Part shown: one piece after another, positions 27,254-32,000 of the stretch
Layout of the letters: the number at the start of each line of letters is the position of its first letter
Position numbering within the stretch: the first letter of the stretch is position 1
From: an uncultured Roseburia sp.
GTDB taxonomy: Bacteria > Bacillota > Clostridia > Lachnospirales > Lachnospiraceae
DNA: 32,000 bases
Direction: 5' to 3'
Assembly: GCA_947644305.1 (NCBI GenBank)
Contig: CANRYS010000020.1
Coordinates: 23,456-55,455, forward strand
The notes under the pieces: model-generated
Databases searched by the model: none
What the model saw: only the letters and a program-made list of their open reading frames with translations
What the model was told of the DNA's origin: nothing
Made by a program: the position numbers and the translations under genes

Positions 27254-27262
27254 AGCTGTAAT

Positions 27263-28294
27263 CTATTTAATATTTATGCATTTTATAGAATCGGATGTGA
27301 AGTATCCCCATCCTCCTAACACACCATTAAAATTATAGCCCTTTTTCATATTTCCGCTTCTTATGCTTTTCAGATAAGTTCCATCCAAATCCAACACGCA
27401 AAAATTATCTTTCTTTTCAGTATCAGACCATTTAATGCAATAAATTTTATTATTTTGAATGCAGAATTCTGATACACCGGTACTTAATAATGTTGTATCC
27501 AAATTGTAAATATCGGTTTTATATAATCTTCCATCATCCACATCCAAATAATACACATCTTTTTCCTTCAGAGACACCCTGTCCATTCTTCCACTCATCT
27601 TTTTAAAAGTAGCTAATTTTTGAACTTCTCTACCACCTTCTCCAATATCCAATTGGAATAAATCAACATCATCATCTTCTACTGTTAATTCCCCTAAATC
27701 CATACAATATATTTTTTTATTATAGATTTCAAACCAAATATTCTCTTTATCAAACAACAATTTAACATTTTTTCCATCCATATCCATATTAAAAATTCCT
27801 GTTGCTCCTTCCTTGCTATACTTAGAAAAATATATATTATTACCGTACACCCACATATCTTCAATTCTTGTCTCATATATTCTTTCAAAGCAAGATCCAT
27901 CTATTTTCAACTTACATATATTATATTTATAAACATCTTGTTTTGTTTCAGTAAGAGCAAAAATAATCCAATTACCACTTACATTTATATTTGAGATATA
28001 ACCTGCCTTATGTTCATAAAGAATCTGCTGATTATCCCCTTTTTCACTACACTTATTCAACGTCCCTCTCCCGTTCATATTTATGGCAAATATTATCTCA
28101 TTTCCTGCCATACCAACTTTTCTATTACTATACAATAAACTTGCATTACCCACAGAATAATCACAAAATTCTCCTGAAGAGAGATCTTCTGTTGCTATTA
28201 TTTGATTATTGGAAATATCATTTTTTACCACACAACCAGTAAGAATTAAAGCAAGCATTGTATTAAATCCAATTATGACTTTGATTTTGAACAT
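27263..28294 (-). CDS. Lipoprotein with a DUF5050-like beta-propeller domain; candidate immunity protein for the upstream RHS payload
   Basis: 343 aa. Signal peptide with lipobox LILTGC (Cys21). Repeated blades of the type GNWIIF / LKIDGS..ERI / GNNIYF / MDMDGKNVKLL / NKKIYC / KDVYYL / NNKIYC / LDLDGTYLK. AAGGAGG SD overlaps the RHS stop codon. About 30% G+C. Confidence 0.75.
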   Translation of the reverse strand: MFKIKVIIGFNTMLALILTGCVVKNDISNNQIIATEDLSSGEFCDYSVGNASLLYSNRKVGMAGNEIIFAINMNGRGTLNKCSEKGDNQQILYEHKAGYISNINVSGNWIIFALTETKQDVYKYNICKLKIDGSCFERIYETRIEDMWVYGNNIYFSKYSKEGATGIFNMDMDGKNVKLLFDKENIWFEIYNKKIYCMDLGELTVEDDDVDLFQLDIGEGGREVQKLATFKKMSGRMDRVSLKEKDVYYLDVDDGRLYKTDIYNLDTTLLSTGVSEFCIQNNKIYCIKWSDTEKKDNFCVLDLDGTYLKSIRSGNMKKGYNFNGVLGGWGYFTSDSIKCINIK

Positions 28295-28305
28295 ATTTGC
28301 CCTCC

Positions 28306-31300
28306 TTATTTCTTATCTTTTTTATACTTTATACCATTTATTATTGCCTGTCTCTTTCCCTTAGACTTAATATCTTCTACTGTCCATGGGTATTCTACTT
28401 TTTTATTAAATATGTATACATAAAATTTATCACCTTTTGCTCCAAAATAGCTTTTCTTCCCATCTCCCCCAAGATTTTTTAATAATTTAGAAGAGCCTTC
28501 CCCACTATTGTTACCAGTAGTATCACTTGGAGTGCCAGAATTATAATCAGCAACAATAGCAAATGAATATGATTTTACTTTCTTACCTTTCTTTTTTACA
28601 ACTAAACATACCCTTCCTAGTTTTGCCGTATCATTTGTTACTATATATGGTATCTTACTAGCATTAACATATGAATTCTGATCTTTATCATCTCCTCCTG
28701 GACGTTTTAGACTAGTTGCCGAAACATAATATTGTACAGCTCTCCCCTTTTTATCAATTTCATCACGAACAATCGGATTTCCCTCTCTATCAGTCACAAG
28801 TGCCCACCAATTTCCCGGTTTCCCCGCATTTCCAAGCTTATCTAATGGTTTTGCATAATTTTTCTTTCCCTTATTTTCTCCACTTTGCACTTTTTCAGGT
28901 GCATAAGCATGTGGAGATCCATCAAAATCAACAGTAAATCCCGAATATTTCATAAAAACATACTTATACCCACTTGGATCCCAGGTATTCACCCCATCGT
29001 TCCCACAGTACGTATACAGATGCAGGCTCAGTGGATCATCCTCTTTCCCAGTATAGGTATCCCTCGTCAGAAACCTCCCCACATTGGGCTGGTAGTACCT
29101 CGCCCTTAGGTAGATCTCCCCCGTCTCCTTATCATAGTACTCCCCACAGTAACGGAAGGGGTTATCATCCTTACTGTCCGGCTTTACTTCATTCCCAAAA
29201 GAATCATACTCATAAGTTCTAACAACCTTACCGCTCTCATCCGTCAGCTGCACTACATTTCCATGGGGATCCGTCACATAATACTTCTTCTCGGTATTAT
29301 TCCCCTTATCCGTATAAACTAAATCGTTTCCACGAATGTATCTGTTTTTTACTTTGCCGCCCTCAGACAGCTCCAGCACCAGCTGGTCGCCGTCCCAGAC
29401 AAAGACCGTCTTTTCCCCGTTCACTGTTTTGCTCGTGCGAAGCCCCTCGGCATCATACGTAAAGCTTACTTTATAGTTCTTTGTAAGCGTCTGGGTAAGC
29501 TGGTTCAGAGCATTGTAATGGTTCACCACATTTTCATTCAGGCGGTTGTCCCCCAGGGTCACATCGATATCGACGTAAGCGCTGTCCTTTTTGTCACTGG
29601 GGATCTCATAGCGGTTGATTGTCGCCAGCTGGTTTCCGTTCTTATCATTTTTATAGATGACAACGGAATCCTCCTCCGTGTCGGTATTCAACGTATCGGT
29701 GCGGAGCAGCTCGTCGTTTTTGTTGTATCTGTAGGCAGTTACTTTATTTCCAACCCTCATCTCTTTCCGGTTGTTGCTGCTGTCATAGGTGTAGGAAATG
29801 TCCTCACTGCCGGTTTTCGTTTCTTTCTGAATCCGTCCTAAAAGGTCATAGATGTAGGCAGCAGTCTTTGTGGACTTCTTTCCTTCTTTATCCTGGATCG
29901 TGGCAGTTTCCCTGGATTTCTGTCCATTGGCAAGATATTCGGAATGGTACTCCGAGACCACCCCGGCGCTGCCCGTCTGGTTTTTTTCTGACGTCAGACG
30001 GTTCTGGTAATCGTAGGTGTACATCGTGGTCAGGTTATTCCCCGGTACGGTTCTCTCCGCCAGGTTCCCATCCGTATCGTAAGAGTATGCCACAACCTGG
30101 CTGCCCTTCCCATCGGTAACAGAGGTGAGTTTCGATTCCCCATCATAAGTATAATGCAGGGAAAGTTTTGTGTCATCCCCCACCTTTACGGAAAAGGTAG
30201 ATTTATTTCCGGTGCTGTCATAAGTGTAATGTTTGACCACATCCTTATGTTTCATCAGTTTTGTGGTTTCCTTTGTAACCTGACCGGAAGCATCGTCATA
30301 GGCAAAGATGGTGCCGTCCTGCTCCGCCACATCTCCGTAGGCATTGTAGGTATAGGTATGTTTCGTTTCTTTCCCTGTCTTTTTTTCCTGCCCCTTCTGT
30401 GAAGGGGCGGCCACCATTTCCGTCAGACGATTCTGGTAATCATAGGTGTTTTTCTGGATGTTGCCATTCTTGTCTACGGTTTTCGTTAAGTTGCTGTTGA
30501 TATCATAGGTATAGGTTTCTCTTCTGCCTTCCGGGTCAGTAAAAGCCACCAGACGATTTTTCCCATCGTATTCGTACCTGGTTTCAGCAACGGTATCAGA
30601 TTTCTTTTTTCCACTGACCACAACAGCATATGTTTTGCCGGCATAAGTAAAGGTGTCTTCCTGCCCTTTTCCACTCTCCGTATCATCGGAGGTACTTTCC
30701 CCATCCGCATAATTTACAGCATCCGCCACCTCCGACACCGTCAGTGTCAGCGGGCTGGTCATGCCGGTAAACTGACGCACCTTATTTCCCTGGACATCAT
30801 AGACATACTGGACGTAATGCGCCTTTTTATCTTCCAGGCAGCTTTTTACCATGACAAGGTTGCCGCGCTTATCATAAGTATACTCGGTTCTGGCGGTCCT
30901 GTCATTATCGATCTGTTCCTCTTTTTGTGTCACGTTTCCCGTATTATCGTACTCTGTCCTGATTTTCTGGTATTCAACATTGCTATTCTTCTTTTCCCGA
31001 GGAATCTCTGACTGGATCATCCGGCCGAGAATGTCGTACTCATACTTTGTGGCTACATTTTCTTTTGTCCCCCTGGGCGTGTATTCTTTTGTGACCTGAC
31101 CCTGCTCATTATAATCGGTCTTAACGATCCGGGACTGCCAGCCACTCTCCCCCTCCTTCCGGCTCTTCGTCTCCATCTGGCTCACGTTCCCATTGTCATC
31201 ATAGGTGGAGAGTTTTTCTGTTTCATAGGCAGGAAGCCACTTTCCGTCCTGCTGTTTTCTGATGACTGTGTTTTCTTTGGTGGTTCTGCCAAAGTCGTCG

Positions 31301-32000
31301 GCTTCATAGGTCGTCACCGTTTCTATTCTGTTCTTTCCCCGGATGGCAGTACTTGTCCGGGATAAGATGTTCCCTTCCGCATCGGTTACAGTTTTTGTGA
31401 TATTTTCCCTTAGAACCGCATCGTTGAACTGGTCATAATACCCCTCTGCATCTGCCTCCGGCTGGTACTTCGCGGGATTCAGGGTTTTGCTGTAGCTGGT
31501 GGAGATGGTCTGTGCCTCATCTTCTTCCCCGGTTACTTCTGTTTCATTCTTGCTAAAACTCCATGACGTGCAGTGGGCGGCATCCAGTTCCCCGTTGCTG
31601 AATTGGGCACTGCCTATCTCATTGCCCAGGTTATCATAGAAATGCTTGCTGCCGCTCAGAATCTCCTTCCCTTTTCCAGTAATATAAAAGTTGGGGACGG
31701 TTTCTCCATTTTCATTGACAATGAACCTCTTTTCATCCGGTTCAAAGGGAAAGGTCCGCTCTTCTAACAGCCGGGCCGTCTCCTCTTTTTCCGTTTCGCT
31801 GCCGGTACTGTCGGGATCTTCCCCGTTTTCTCCATCCTCTGCTTCACTGCCATACTCATAGATACTTTCGGTCCAGGTGCCGGCCGCCTCGTCTTTGCTG
31901 ATGATCGTATTGCCAAAAGCATCCTGTATCGCAATGGATACACGCCCAAAATCGTCCACTGTCATGGTTTTCAGTCCGTCAGCAGACCGGTATTCCTTTT
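28306..32000 (-). CDS. RHS/YD-repeat polymorphic toxin, 3' portion (5' end lies beyond the window)
   Basis: The frame is open from 32000 (..KEYRSADGLKTMTVDDFGRV..), so the listed Met is internal. Dozens of YD-type repeats (YEYDILGR, YTYDKRGNL, YEYDGKNRL, YTYDINSNL, YDYQNRLT, YSYDTDGNL, FTYDAEGLR, YEYDSFGNE). Canonical core terminus FRYCGEYYDKETGEIYLRARYYQPNVGRFLTRDTYTG...LHLYTYCGNDGVNTWDPSGY. Confidence 0.92.
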   Translation of the reverse strand, partial: KEYRSADGLKTMTVDDFGRVSIAIQDAFGNTIISKDEAAGTWTESIYEYGSEAEDGENGEDPDSTGSETEKEETARLLEERTFPFEPDEKRFIVNENGETVPNFYITGKGKEILSGSKHFYDNLGNEIGSAQFSNGELDAAHCTSWSFSKNETEVTGEEDEAQTISTSYSKTLNPAKYQPEADAEGYYDQFNDAVLRENITKTVTDAEGNILSRTSTAIRGKNRIETVTTYEADDFGRTTKENTVIRKQQDGKWLPAYETEKLSTYDDNGNVSQMETKSRKEGESGWQSRIVKTDYNEQGQVTKEYTPRGTKENVATKYEYDILGRMIQSEIPREKKNSNVEYQKIRTEYDNTGNVTQKEEQIDNDRTARTEYTYDKRGNLVMVKSCLEDKKAHYVQYVYDVQGNKVRQFTGMTSPLTLTVSEVADAVNYADGESTSDDTESGKGQEDTFTYAGKTYAVVVSGKKKSDTVAETRYEYDGKNRLVAFTDPEGRRETYTYDINSNLTKTVDKNGNIQKNTYDYQNRLTEMVAAPSQKGQEKKTGKETKHTYTYNAYGDVAEQDGTIFAYDDASGQVTKETTKLMKHKDVVKHYTYDSTGNKSTFSVKVGDDTKLSLHYTYDGESKLTSVTDGKGSQVVAYSYDTDGNLAERTVPGNNLTTMYTYDYQNRLTSEKNQTGSAGVVSEYHSEYLANGQKSRETATIQDKEGKKSTKTAAYIYDLLGRIQKETKTGSEDISYTYDSSNNRKEMRVGNKVTAYRYNKNDELLRTDTLNTDTEEDSVVIYKNDKNGNQLATINRYEIPSDKKDSAYVDIDVTLGDNRLNENVVNHYNALNQLTQTLTKNYKVSFTYDAEGLRTSKTVNGEKTVFVWDGDQLVLELSEGGKVKNRYIRGNDLVYTDKGNNTEKKYYVTDPHGNVVQLTDESGKVVRTYEYDSFGNEVKPDSKDDNPFRYCGEYYDKETGEIYLRARYYQPNVGRFLTRDTYTGKEDDPLSLHLYTYCGNDGVNTWDPSGYKYVFMKYSGFTVDFDGSPHAYAPEKVQSGENKGKKNYAKPLDKLGNAGKPGNWWALVTDREGNPIVRDEIDKKGRAVQYYVSATSLKRPGGDDKDQNSYVNASKIPYIVTNDTAKLGRVCLVVKKKGKKVKSYSFAIVADYNSGTPSDTTGNNSGEGSSKLLKNLGGDGKKSYFGAKGDKFYVYIFNKKVEYPWTVEDIKSKGKRQAIINGIKYKKDKK
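28309..28965 (-). other. C-terminal payload domain of the RHS protein (219 aa, Lys-rich, GH75 chitosanase-like by motif order)
   Basis: Begins right after WDPSGY. Motifs: TVDFDGSPHAY, SKIPYIVTN, FAIVADYNSG...GNNSGEGSSKLLKNLG. About 28% G+C, against about 53% in the repeat core (hand counts on single 60-nt lines). Confidence 0.55.

Noticed and set aside
1-32000. CRISPR arrays, tRNA/rRNA genes, IS elements, transposases, integrases, prophage genes
   Set aside because: I found no regularly spaced direct repeats, no tRNA T-arm (GGTTCGAAT-type) signatures, and no ORF with transposase or recombinase motifs. The only structured RNA recognised is rnpB.

Overview
Chromosomal segment typical of Firmicutes/Clostridia: strong GGAGG-type Shine-Dalgarno sites, about 50% G+C in core genes, and Clostridia-style gene order. 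All convincing genes lie on the minus strand except one small membrane-protein gene. In the direction of transcription (right to left) the window holds six blocks. (1) The 3' ~3.7 kb of a large RHS/YD-repeat polymorphic toxin gene; its frame is still open at nt 32000. Its last 219 codons form a low-GC, Lys-rich payload that by eye resembles a GH75 chitosanase-type glycosidase. An 11-nt gap separates it from a low-GC gene for a DUF5050-like beta-propeller lipoprotein, the candidate immunity protein. (2) About 1.35 kb of AT-rich, decayed sequence with frameshifted or truncated reading frames that keep perfect SD sites. (3) A plus-strand DUF4321 gene, then the conserved dgt-dnaG-sigA-trmK-nucleoside kinase block, a class A RNase P RNA, an M29-type aminopeptidase and purE. 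(4) A divergent MetRS-like class I aaRS gene (KMSKS replaced by KASSS, an extra internal insertion). It sits behind a consensus promoter, a 30-codon uORF and a strong intrinsic terminator, with no T-box or S-box motifs. (5) A LytTR response regulator, a single-TM GHKL histidine kinase and two fused ABC exporter half-transporters. (6) A co-directional run of small enzyme genes: APH-family kinase, PNPOx-family, VOC/PhnB, nucleoside phosphorylase, GNAT, MBL hydrolase, metallophosphoesterase, gpsA and two flavin reductase-like proteins. Two unrelated ORFs in this run are bracketed by the same 5' (42 nt) and 3' (21 nt) sequences. I found no tRNA, rRNA, CRISPR array, transposase or integrase. The best candidate for a new system is the RHS / GH75-like payload / lipoprotein pair. 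All domain calls come from by-eye motif recognition and need HMM or structure confirmation.
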